Of a stretch of DNA of 64,000 nucleotides, positions 50,580 through 62,937 are shown piece after piece. The notes under the pieces are model-generated. The model saw only the letters and a list, made by a program, of their open reading frames with translations, was not told the origin of the DNA and ran no database searches. The stretch lies in assembly GCA_002633005.1 (NCBI GenBank), contig NMRA01000228.1, positions 422,120 through 486,119 of the forward strand. Reading direction: 5' to 3'. The stretch's first letter is position 1. Every line of letters begins with the position of its first letter. The position numbers and the translations under genes were made by a program. The DNA comes from Phoronis australis. Its lineage: Eukaryota; Animalia; Phoronida.

Positions 50580-51720
50580 TTATGTGCCGTCCTACATTGT
50601 CTGGGTGCATACTGCTGTTATCTCTTTCTGGTTTCCGTCTTGCATTAGCCATCTCTGTTGTATCTGCTAAACCACAATGGAAGCTGATAACTCCTTGTCA
50701 TGTTCACATGGATTCTGTGTACTATGCACTTCTTAGTGACCAGTTTTTATTTACAAATCTGTTCTTGGTGTCCCACTCCATCTATCATTTGAAACGTTTG
50801 AAGTATCTTAGTGAAAATTGGCATTTGTGTTCAGTACGACTCAAGTTGATTTTCAGATGGTCTGACTGCTGTGCCTCCCTGTGTGACTGTAATGTTTTTT
50901 TACCTGTGCCTCAATATCAGCCAAGTTCCTTGATGGAATATTCAGAAACTATTTCTTGTAAGTATTCCTACTGAGGAGAGGACAGGCGATGTTGACTTTT
51001 GATATGAGTCAGACCACTGTAGCCCCCCCAAGTGGCATCTTTTAGCATTTGCCCCATTATCTACCAAGTTACTTGATGGATATTCATGAAATTTGGCCAA
51101 TAATTTTCTAGCAAGGAGATGCCAGCATCTGTCCTTTTTCAAATAGATTTGACCTATGCTGCGCCCCTTAGTGGCCATTTTAGTATTTTGTGTCTTTGTC
51201 CACCATACAGTTAGAAAAATCTTTAAAAGTGACAGATGTGTGAGAGTATGCAAGGCTGTCTCAATTGTTACCAAGTTCTTTGATTTACTTTGAATTTAAC
51301 ATTTGTGGTTAACATTGGTTTTTTAAATCTCCCAAATTCTCTTTTGGATCTTCCTGAAGTTTGAATTGCTGGTATTTATATTTGGTTGGATTTGAAAAGT
51401 GGTGTCCCCTTGTGGAAATTTAGTTCTTGTCTATCTAGTCCTGTAGTCGTAAAATGTGGCAAATATGTTCATATCTACAATTTAGTGGCACTTGCTTAAT
51501 TTTGGACAGACCTGGTGAATACTGTGCTCTTCTAGCAGTTTAATTGTTGTAACCGTCTCTCTGTGAAACCTTGTAAGTATTGAAGCTTTGGTCATGTTAG
51601 TATTGGAAAAAGACAGCACCTTTCAATGTTTGGACTAATTTGTAGACCGATGTGCCTGTTTGGTGCAGTGTCATTTTTGGCGTCCAGCTCTCTCTGCCAA
51701 ACCACTTGAGTGATCTTTAT
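50580..51720 (+). mobile_element. Old, degenerate HINE-like copy in 14-3-3 intron 2
   Basis: tttttatgtgccgtcc...gggtgcata start, and cccccaagtggc / ccccttagtggcc units. Confidence 0.5.
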
Positions 51721-52025
51721 GTCAATGTGGTGGCTTGCACACTCCCAACTCCTTTTGTATACTTCTAAGCAATAGCTATTATTACTTTTGTTGCAAGGAG
51801 TAATTTGAGGCCTATTTTTATTATGGCAAAATTTTGTCTGATTGACATTGGTGTTTTAGATGTAAAAATTGTGAAAATGAGTGGCTTGTTGTTTTAAGTG
51901 ATAAAATGGGAAACTATGATGTTCATCCTGGTAAGCAAATTTTTCAGAATCCCTAATAGTCTGTTATGAAAGATCATTGCTTGTTCTAGTGACTTAATAC
52001 TACCACACAGTTCTTCTTCTTGTAG

Positions 52026-52189
52026 TTACAAACCTGTCAGAAAAAGCCTATATGGATGCTGTCGAAGCAGCGAAAGCAAAGAGCGTGCCCACAACAAATC
52101 CCATACGTCTTGGTCTAGCACTTAACTTCTCTGTTTTCTACTTTGAAATAAAAAATGAGCCGGAGGCAGCTTGCAAGTTGGCCAAACAG
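52026..52189 (+). CDS. 14-3-3zeta: 14-3-3 exon 3
   Basis: [21 protein letters not shown]; 164 nt, matching the exon size I recall for zeta-type genes. Confidence 0.97.
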
Positions 52190-53038
52190 GTAATGACAAG
52201 ACATGTTTCTGAACATGTGGCATACTAGTTGTTACTATACTGAATTAAAGTTGTCCGTTAAGTAATTTTTTGTTGGTCTGGTCCCATAAGTGCCGGATAA
52301 TCAGTTTGGTGCCACTCTTTCGCTGTCTAACGCGTCTTTATGCAAGTTCCCATACACAATCAGTGCTAAACACTCCAGTCAGAGTTGGGTACTTTGACCT
52401 AGTTAAAATCCTAAATTTCATGGATGGTAATCTCAGTTTAACATTATCAGACTGCGGAACAACAGATTTACTGAATTAAAACGAAAATTGTTTGTCAATT
52501 TCTTTCCCTTTTTTGTTGATCTTTTACCAGTCGAAATGTGATTGATGCAAATGTCCAATGTCGATGTTTAATTGACTCTAAATCTAAACTATTCGAGATC
52601 CGAGTTTGAAATGTTTTATGTGAGGCAAGGTGCTAACTGGGGCTGCTAGAAGTATGTATTTCAACGGAAACTCTAAATTAACCATTAATAAATGTTTTTC
52701 ACCTGCCGCAACATGTGTTGCTATAATTCCACTCCGGAGCAGTAATTTGACAGTATTCTCAAAGTTTTAATTGGCACTGGAAAATCCAGCTCCGAAAATA
52801 TTGGCAGTGAAAGAGTTATGTAATGGATATCTCTGCTCTATACATAATTGTTACTAGGATACCATGCAGAAGCAGTTTCCATTTTCCACAAATTGTTCAC
52901 TGCTAGTCTATGTTTTTGCAATTGTTAGCTGGTATAAAGAAGCAGTTAATCAAGGGCTTGAGCAAGCAAGTATATGATGATTCTGTGTTTGTTTAATTAC
53001 AGGCTTATGCCTAGAACCTTTGTGATTTGTGTTTTCAG

Positions 53039-53134
53039 GCATTTGATGATGCAATTGCTGAACTGGACACCCTAAATGAAGAATCCTACAAAGATAGTAC
53101 ACTGATTATGCAGTTATTAAGAGATAACTTAACT
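53039..53134 (+). CDS. 14-3-3zeta: 14-3-3 exon 4
   Basis: [32 protein letters not shown]; 96 nt; donor GTGAGT. Confidence 0.98.
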
Positions 53135-53945
53135 GTGAGTATATACTCTTTTGTAGGGATTTGACCAGTGCAGGTGTACATATCTGGCTGTGTGGGTGCA
53201 CAGCTTGCACTGTGAATGGTGTCTTTACCTTATTCATTTTTTGCCGATGTACATGCCATTTCCTCCCATTAAAGTAATGTTTTAGTCCATTTAGAACTCC
53301 TCAGCTAATTTCCTATCTGTGTATTATCCCTCTGAGGTGATTCCATATCTGCGAGTGTGAGAACTTCAATCATAAGAGCTAAGAGATTTTGTCAATGGAC
53401 TTTATGATTTCAGCCTACCATGTCTCAAAAAGTTGAATGTGGAGTTAGCATCCTGATGTACTGTTTTACAAACTTGACCAAGAGTTCAAACTCTAGGCTA
53501 ACCCTGTTATCACTGGTATCCCAGTGCATTCGACAGCATTCTCTATTTTGAGAATCGCTTTACTTGCTGTTATGATTGAAGTTTTCACATGTGCTGATAT
53601 GAAACACCTTCGAGAGAGAGAATTTTAGGCTACGAAAATACCTGAAGATTTATGGATGCTTTTAGTCAGAAATTTTGAGAAAAGTATTGCCTGGGATGCT
53701 TTTTATATGCTCACAAAATTTGTGGTTGCATATATTCTAGGACATCCCTATGTTTGCATGTCCACTAAATGTCTTAAGCTGGCAGATGTACATCGGCACC
53801 CGTCAGATTTTTGACTGACTAAACTACTGATGACACCCCTTATTGGCCATTGTTGTTGATATCATCCCTGCCAAAGACCGAATGCTTTAAAAATGAAAGT
53901 TAAAGGGCACACCTCCCTTTCTTCTGAAAACAACTGCAACGTACT

Positions 53946-54649
53946 CAAGGTACCTAAACTACACGGTTAACGGACTGCTAAACACAGTGTCGGACACAAA
54001 AACACGACTCGGGTACCTGCAGACACTGTTCAGTGATTCACATATGTGGGTTCGTACTCACACATGATTCATTCACCCAAAATACACGGTCACGGACTCG
54101 CATTCTCGTAGAAACATGGTACTGGGACCACCAAAGATGGTTTACGGATAAAATGTAGAAATTGGATTGGGTGTGCTATTCCGTTACATAACTGTCGATG
54201 AGGAAAAACTGTTGTCATGTGATTACAAGGTACACGATCAACGGACTCATAAACATGGGTACGGACGCATGAACATGACTCATGGACCTGCAAACACCGA
54301 CCACTGACTCACACAACGGGAACGGAATCACAAAATACGATCCACGCACTCAAATACACGAGACACGGACTCGTATTCACGAGGAAACACGGTTAACGGA
54401 CTGCCAAACACGATTTACGGACAAAATGGAGATGTCAGCTGACTCAGGAAGCCGAGTTTGGCGGACCGTTAACCGTGTTTCCTCGTGAGTGTGAGTCCGT
54501 GTCTCATGTATTTGGGTGCGTGGATTGTGTTTTGTGAGTCTGTTCCGGTGTTTGTGAGTCAGTGGATGATGTTTGCAGGTCCGTGAGTCGTGTTCATGCG
54601 TCCGTGCGCGTGTTTATGAATCCGTTGACTGTGTAGTTTAGGTACCTTG
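53946..54649. mobile_element. Foldback/MITE element with TIR caaggtacctaaactacac and a long internal inverted repeat
   Basis: 19-bp terminal inverted repeat; about 54233-54410 is the imperfect reverse complement of about 54452-54632. Confidence 0.8.
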
Positions 54650-56352
54650 GATTAGAAAGAGTGAAGTTTTGTTGGTGGTCTAGTGTTGGTAAGTTTTGGG
54701 TTGTTGGTGAGGTCGTGGTTCCTTATGTCACATGCCCTGCTCCAAATGTTTGTTTGACAACCTAATTTGTGTCAGATACTAGTAAAGAAAGTAATGAAGG
54801 CGAATTTAGTTCGACTTGGGCTTGTAACCATGTTGAAAAATATTTGCTTATGGAATTGAAATGATCATAAAACAATTCGTACTCATTTATCAGTCACTGC
54901 AGTGTGCAAATTTTGTTAGGTTAGGCTAGTAAGCTCCTGAGCACACTCGCAAAACACTCTCATGATTTTGCGAGATCTTTTTGCAAGAATCTTGGATTTA
55001 CAAAACGCTATCCAGCTGATCATGAGATCCACCACATGCTTTTATATCCTACGAACCGTTTTCGTTGTTTGTCCTCCGTAAATCATTAATCTTGTCTTTA
55101 AGTGTCGCAAAATCGTTATAAATGCCACATTTTCCTTCGATTAGCAATGGTTGTTTGTGGATAATTGTAGTAATCACATTTTCCGACTCTCTGATTGGTG
55201 GGAATTGATACATTGGTTGACATGTCAGAACTATCCATTATAGCACTGAACTACCTAGGGACATTTTCATGCGTCCACATATACATATGTAGGTGCATAT
55301 TGCCCTCATCTCTTCCCGGGCGTCCGGTGTCTGCTGCTGTATCTTCCAAACCCCTGGAAGGATCTTCGTAAAATTTGGCTGATTTGTTCCTGCAAATATG
55401 ACGATTGTGGCAATTTCAGTTTTTCTATGAATAACTTCCATCAGGATGGTAAAGTCTGACATGATGAAATGCATTTTTCCGTCGAAAGAATAAATAGAAA
55501 TTTTCAGTATGTTTGACTGCTGATCCCTTCTCAGTTTCTAACAGATTGTACTGCAAGTAGTACACTGTAAACCGGGCCAAGTTTGTAAGTGCCCTCATCA
55601 CAATTATTAGGAAACCTTCTTAGCATGCTCTTCTTTTGAAGTCATTACATTCTTGATCCGCCATCAAAGTCTCCTGGGATGTGTGATCAGAGCGCTTACT
55701 GTGGCATGTGTGTCTTTTTATTTAAGTCCTTAAAAATCTCCGTGAAAATAAATTAAGGTTTATTGGATGAAGAAACTAATAGATGACCTAATGTTCCAGT
55801 GTTTATCCTAGTACCACCTCTATATTCCCTACATAATTAGGCAGACATGTTCCAGTACATGGATAGACATCACCTTCCATTTGTCAAACGTTTCTGTTTA
55901 CTGCAATTTTAAGTTTTTGACTTCAGTTTCTTGAAATGTTTCTCACTAACTGCATTACCATTTGATGAAGTGTTCTGGAGGTGTTTGAAATAATGATTAC
56001 CTGTTGTGTCTTTGCTGTTTGCGATGTTCCCTGTGGCTGCATATCAACACTCTACAATGCTCTTGACAAGGTATTACTTGGTCAGTTATTTTCAACAAGT
56101 TTTCCTTTGTGCACAGTACTCAAAACACTAGAAACTTATTTAGTGTACACAAGTACAAGCACATTCTCAATGCTTTGCTTGGGTTTTAAATTCTCCTAAT
56201 TTGTTTAGTAAGCCTAGTGTATTATTAGATTGATGTGGGTCTTCCCATCTTGGTCAACATATTGAGGAGTTGTTAGCTTGAAATTGACATGTGGTGTTTT
56301 AAAATGAAGTATATGTTACATAGTGTTGTATGTTGTTGCATTCTGTTTGCAG

Positions 56353-56394
56353 CTGTGGACTTCAGAAGATGCTGATGATGATGCTGGAAATTAG
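56353..56394 (+). CDS. 14-3-3zeta: 14-3-3 terminal exon
   Basis: ttctgtttgcAG|LWTSEDADDDAGN*; AATAAA at 57260-57265. Confidence 0.95.
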   Translation: MWTSEDADDDAGN

Positions 56395-56536
56395 GTCAAA
56401 GCTTCAACTATAGGGGTGTTTTTAAAAGCTGTCTTGATTGTATTTTGCGTTGTGTAAAAATGTTGATTCTATGAACGAAAACATGATTTGGTTATAACCA
56501 CTGTAAAACTTGAGGTGCGATTTTCTTGAAGCCCCA

Positions 56537-56623
56537 TGCAGTGCCACCTTTGAAAACCATCGATTTGGTTCATGTGTGCAGTGCCACCTTTGAAAACCAT
56601 CGATTTGGTTCATGTGTGCAGTG
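56537..56623. repeat. Perfect 40-bp tandem duplication in the 14-3-3 3' UTR
   Basis: tgcagtgccacctttgaaaaccatcgatttggttcatgtg, about 2.2 copies. Confidence 0.95.
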
Positions 56624-59369
56624 GCGAGTTAGTGGTCCTAATTACACATGATAAAAACCACGGACTGAATGAAGTTGGTCTATTATGAACATTCAGCACC
56701 TCTAACTTGGGTTTATTTCAGTTTTGAACTAGTGATTTCAGCTTGACCTAATTAGCTCTGCGTGGGTCTTTAAAAGCTTATCTTTACATAACTTAAACAT
56801 TGTGTGTTAACTAAAAAGATATATTTCCAGTCAGTTGTGGAGTCCACACTTTCTAAGAAGGTCAGTGTTGTATTGCGCATTCAGACACGACTTGATCATT
56901 GAATTAGAATTATCACCCGTAACTTTAATCATGCTGCCTCTTGACTTATGTCGTCGGTTTGATCGTGAGGATTGTCTGGACCGTTTTCCTAAAACGTGCA
57001 CTTAGATTTTTGCAGTAGTTTAGTGGGACATCGCTAATAAACTCCGACATTTCCATTGTGTGAAAGAGTGGCCAGAGAAGCTGGCAAATTAGCGATGGGT
57101 ACTGCTATGAGTAGGTTCTTTGGGTAAGTGTATTGATTTTGGGTTTGATATTGTGATGGAAGTACCACACGTGAACGTATTAGTGTCGGTTTAGTATAAA
57201 TTGTCAGCTTGATATATCTATGTACACTAGAAACTGATCATGTATTTGTATTGAGTACCAATAAATGTCACGTTTTCAGCATTTTACATTTTACCCGTGT
57301 ATGTAGCACTGAACATGGAATCCAGCAATAATGAATTACCAGTTTCTTCAACCTCAGAACTCACTGTTAATCGTAGAAAGTACTGTCCGTTTTATAATTG
57401 AAAGTAGCCCTAATTAAAAGTCAGCTTATTGATGGAATCCGTGTTTTAAGTGTTCAACAGGTTCAGTGTTATAGATTTTACAACTGTCTTGCATGTCTTC
57501 CAAGTCGCGTTCTAAAGCATGTAATGCAGTTAATTCTGTCAAATCTTCATTATGGCATTTGCGTCAGAACTTCGGTCTAAGACAGAAAATTGGTACAGAA
57601 ACGCCGACACTTAATCTCCACCTAGGAACCAGGGGACCGTTCCAAGAAAATTGACTAGGCTAAGACAAATCTTAAATGTGAGTCAATTTTAAGATAAAAC
57701 AAAATAAAACAAATTTGTATTAAGCCTGTAAAAGAAGAAGAGACTGACTTAAGTTTTTGGCTGACATTTTGTCTTAAATTTGATGTAACTTACCGGATGT
57801 GGGAAGTTCGGAGGTTGACTGGAGACTGGAACGTTCCCCTAATACTGGTTCCCTGCTTACACTAAAGTTTTCCATCGTTGTTTGAAGCATTTATGTGATA
57901 ATAACGGCCAACGTTGTCTTACCAGCCCTGCTGATTTGGCCGCATAGTATATTGCATCAATTCCACAACCCACAAGTAATGACGTTAACAAACACTGTTC
58001 AAGATACCTGGTCAGTCCCGGGCAGGCCTCTGCGAATTTCCAAAAAAGCACAGCCCATCGGCCATTGTTACAGGTTTCAGACGGGGGGGACAGATGTAGC
58101 CGATGGGCCAGGTTGACATTGAGACAACCTCGGCAAGTCGATCCGGCGGCCAGGTGGGCATTGAGTCCGAGTCGGCAAGCAAACACCCCGAAATTGATCA
58201 TGAACCATGGGCGGCGCAGCACTGATATAAGTGGGGGCGGCGGTTATAGCCCTCCATCCTCCTATGGTGCGCCACCCATGTGAACAAGTGGGTGATCGGT
58301 GTGTACGTGGCAAGTGGCTCCCACGTGGTCGCCCCGCGATACTATCTACAGGGCAGTTCAATCTTTTGACCTCTGCGAATTCCGAAATAGTTCAGAGACA
58401 AAAGCACCGTTTATCGCCGTACCGGTTTCAGGAATGGGTCTTCGAATTTTTTCTTTCTAAATCCCCAGAAAAGCACCGTTTATCAGCTATTGTTACAGGT
58501 TTCAGGCAAAAGGCAGGCCTGCGGCCACCCACTCCAGGGGCAGATTCAGGATTTTGAGTTAGGTGGGGCCAGGACCAGGGCGCAGTAATAACCAGAACTT
58601 CGGCAGATGCGCTGGCCCAGCCTAATGTGGGGATGCAGGTGTCTCGAATTTTTGGGTTTGCGGACCTTATGACTAAAAAAAACGGTAAAGGGGTTTGTTC
58701 AGGGCCTATGCATTGTTTATTCACCCTCCCCCCCNAAGGCGAAATTAGTGTGAACTGTCTCGCAGCAACGCATTGTAGTGGCATACCAGGGAGGTAACGG
58801 TCAGTAGTCGACGACACACTACAGGCGGTTAGTTATGGTAGTAAATTGGTCTGGCCAACTTAGTTCAGTGAACTCACAAGCTTCACGTTTGACAACCCCA
58901 AAATTGCCGATTCAAAAATGACGCTTGAACGCATTGCCTGTGACTGGAAGTAGGTGCCGGCTCATTCAGCAGTGATTCAAATGAAGGTCGGATAATAGTG
59001 GTAATGTTTTTAAACCACAAGGCGTAAACAATATCTCATTCAATGCGGAGTTTAATTGCAAACTCATTTTACTAAAATAGAAAAAAGCAGCTTGGCTCAG
59101 ACAAGTGTGAAGTTTCGAAAATATGTGAGATAAGCAAGTATATTGAGATCACTTACAACTTGAGATAAGTAAATATCCAACAGTGGCACGATATCAGAGT
59201 GGAATGCGCAAATGAAAAAAATACCATTTAAACGGGAACAATTTATTCCGCCACAGAAACCTGCGCAAAATTCCAAGTATGGCGGTACACGTCAAAGCCC
59301 GCTGGCCGGGCACGACCCTGTTACGGTCGTGGTCCACTGATCTTTATGGAGCAAGTTCGGTGTTTTGGC

Positions 59370-60025
59370 ACAGCGGCAGTCGAATGCGTCCAAAAGTCGT
59401 GTTCTGTTTTCAGGTCAGTGTAGGAATACGTTTGCCAAATTTTACAAAAATCCTAGAAGGGATTCAGGAAACATTTGCAGATGGAAAATGTCATTAGGGG
59501 ACACCGCAGTAGTCGAACCCGTCCGAAAATCAACATCATTTGTGTGATGCTTGTAAGTAGTAACACACCGACTAATTTTCATAATGATCATCCGAGCAGA
59601 TTGGCATGCAGATATTGCGACAGAGATGGACATCTCGTTAATATTAATGTCCACTAAGTGGCGCAGAATAGGTCAAATCCGGACAATTACCACAAGGTGG
59701 CACAGAATATGTCGAATCCATAAAAAATGAAATGGCATTGTCACCTCTTTAATGGAAACCTACTTAGCGAATTTCATGAAAATCCATCTATGTACTCCGA
59801 AGATGCGGTGGCAAACGAAAACGAATCTTTTGAATACCGGTAATGACCAGTGTCGCAGCAGTACGCGAGTTGGATGGGTCCGAAACTCATCGTCATTCGT
59901 CGTTAGCATCTAATGGACACACCTGTTACATTTCCATGAGATCCTGCACAGGTTTTAGGGGATACATCAAGCAGAGACGACGGCAATGGGCGCAATATTT
60001 TCCTAATCCACAACCGGGATGCGTA
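59370..60025 (-). mobile_element. Degenerate HINE-like copy
   Basis: Same tandem units (gtcattagggg, ccactaagtggcgc, ccacaaggtggc) and a gatgcgtaaaa end. Confidence 0.6.
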
Positions 60026-60323
60026 AAAGTTAAATCGTTTTTCACCTCAAACAACATTTGACTATGGACCATTTAAAATTATGAAATTAGTCTCAATAGT
60101 TTCAAACTGGGTATAATCTCGGGGCTTTGAAAAATCTTAATTGCTCAAGACCAAGCTCTACCAGTCGTGGCTTGTCACTGAGTGCCATTTTATGTGCCAT
60201 ATGTTTTTAAACTTAGAAATCGCTTCTAGTCTCAGAAAGTCAGGAATATACCGAGGTCAATTGAATAGCTGTAGGCCTAATTGTTCTAAAAATTTCGCCT
60301 CATGAACGGGTATACAGGTCCTG

Positions 60324-62937
60324 CAGTGGCGGATCTAGGATATCACAAGGGGGGGCCCAACATTTTGTCTGTAAACATTTGCTCCAAGCATTGACGATTG
60401 TAGATGCGCATAGCACCGAACGGCAGGAGGTCGAGAGGGAGGTTCCCAGGAAAATTTTTCTCATTTTTTCCTCTAAAAATCAAGCATTTTCCTTGATTCC
60501 TGAAGTATTATCCAAGAAAAAAGGCAAAAAAAAACGAAGAAAGTGTCAACCAGGAAAAACTGCAACTACCACGGACTTACGGCCTAGCGGATAAAGTGTG
60601 CGTGCTTTACCACTGCACCACCACGACCTCACCCCCATTTGATACTAAGAGACCTTCTTGTTTATGGTCCACAGCGTTTGCGCGCGAAAACTTCTCCTTT
60701 TTGTAATGCTCATTGCATGTTTTATATTTTGTGCAATCAGTTCGTAACAAATTTGTTGCATTTAAAATAGTCTTCAATTGCCCAAAAGACCAAATCTTTT
60801 TTTGTATTGGCAATAATGACGCGATTGCTTTGGAAAAGAGAGAATTATGAGTTTCTGAATGATTCACTAAAGCTTCGATTAAAATTGACATCTTACCAGC
60901 AGCTTCTGTTTTTTCACCATCACTCAGATTCCAGTTTCTTTAACAAGAGAAACGCAGAGCGTTGAAATGCGCCGTATACGGTATCCTTCTAGGGCTGTTT
61001 ATTGGTACCATAAAGTGGCCAGTAGAGGGCATATATGTAGTATGTTGTACTTTGCAAAATGGAAAGGCATGGTCATTGTCTCCTCAATAGGCTAGGGGCA
61101 AAATGTGAGTGACCTTCATAATACAAGCACATCCTATACATCAGTTGCTTAAAGCACCACAGGAACATAGAATTAAAAACAAATTTACCAACATAAATTT
61201 AGTAAAGATCCTGCAAACGGTTTGGGAGATACAGCCATGGGCGCAAAAAAAACTGCCACTAGGAGGCGCCTCAGTAATCAAACTCATGGGAAATTCAGCG
61301 TCAACCGTCCTCTTCATAGTAAGGACATACATGTACATGCCAATTTTCACAATCACACTTAGAGCGGTTTGGTTGATAGAGGGGTGGACGCCAAAAACAG
61401 TAAAAATGGCCACTGGGTGTCGCAAACTAGGTCGAATCCATCCGAAAACTGGAGGATAGCGTCATCGCACTAATAGGTGCCTACATACCAAATTTCAGGA
61501 AAATCCGTTAAGGACTTGTGAAGGTACAGAGGTAAACGTAAAAAAATAAAATTGCCACTAGGGGGCACACTGGTAGGCGGATCCGTCCAAAAGTCGTCAT
61601 CGTCTGTTGTTAACATCATATAAATACACTTATTAAATTTCGTAAAGATCCTACGAACGGTTTAGGAGATACAGCCATAGGCGCAAAACGAAAACAAAAC
61701 TGTCACTAGGAGGCGCCACAGTAGTCCAAATCGTCTGAAAATCATTGTCAGCTGTCCTCTTTATACTATAAGCACATACATGCCAATTTTCACAATCATC
61801 CTTTGAGCGGTTTGGTCGATAGAGGGGTGGACGCAAAAATACAGACTCGAAAACAGTAAAAATGTCCACTAGGTGGTGCAAACTACGTTGAATCCATCCG
61901 AAAACGGGTGGATAGCGTCATCTCACTAATAGGTGCCTACATGTTAAATTTCATGAATATTCCGTTAAGGACTTTTGAAGATACAAAGGTAAACGTAAAA
62001 AATAAAATTGCCACTAGGGGGCACACTGGTAGTCGGATCCGTCCAAAAGTCAATTTCGTAAAGATACTGCGACTGAACGGTTTAGGAGATACAGCCATAG
62101 GCGCAAAAATAAAACTGCCACTAGGAGGCGCCACAGTAGTCGAGATCGTCGGAAAATCATCGTCAACCGTCCTCTACATAGTAAGCATATACATGCCAAT
62201 TTTCACAATCATCCTTTGAGCGGTTTGGTTGATAGAGAAAAGAGACTCGAAAACACTAAAAATGGCCACTAGGTGGCGCAAACTATGTCGAATCCACCTG
62301 AAAACGGGAGGATACCGTCATCTCACTAATAGGTGCCTACATACCAAATTTCATGAAAATCCGTTCACGACTTTTGAAGATACAAAGGTAAGCGTAAAAA
62401 ACTAAAATTGTCACTAGGGAGCACACCGGTAGTCGGATCCGTCCGAAAGTTCGCACATGCCGTCCCATTTATGAATGTAACATATGAACGTATGTCAAAG
62501 GCTGGGAGTAATTATAGTCCTAGGTCAAAGGGTTTTGGAGATAAAGCAGCGGACGCCCGGAGATGACGGGATAATGCGTCCACATATAAATATGTGGGCG
62601 CATAAAAATGAAGTAATTTTCTTCATTGCACAGTGGAGGAGACGACGGAAACGGAGTCGTAGTGCCCAGCGCCACTGCCGCGGTCACCCGAGATATCGCG
62701 GGAGAGCATAGATACTTATCATAGTTCCGTTACGATTGCGCCGTGTTCCGAATTTGACACTTGAAATTGGATCTGAGCTCCCCCAAACATTAAAACTGCA
62801 CATATTTAAATCTTGTTTCAGTCGTATAATCTTAATTACCGGGGTTAATTTATAAACTCAACATTTCCCTACGATCTTGCTGTTCAATTTTTTTTTGTGG
62901 CAGCCAAAGGGGAGGGGGGGCACTAAATCCGCCTATG
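60324..62937 (+). mobile_element. Third copy of the ~1-kb hAT-like element, split by a nested HINE insertion
   Basis: 60324-60941 plus 62604-62937 reconstitute the 33918-34897 sequence. Confidence 0.85.
60942..62603 (-). mobile_element. Young full-length HINE/DINE-1-like element with a ~150-bp tandem array
   Basis: Ends aacaagagaaacgcagagcgttgaaatgcgcc and atgcgtccacatataaatatgtgggcgcat; inserted in a T/A run with no TSD. Confidence 0.85.

Noticed and set aside
53135-56352. Duplicated, mutually exclusive 96-nt exon as in insect 14-3-3 zeta
   Set aside because: I saw no second [10 protein letters not shown]-like exon in the flanking introns.
58023-58521. CAGGCCT...AGGCCTG-bounded GC-rich segment with overlapping ORFs
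   Set aside because: Probably another MITE (internal repeats gttacaggtttcag and caccgtttatc), but the TIR is short, there is no TSD and no second copy in the window. The ORFs have no splice or homology support.
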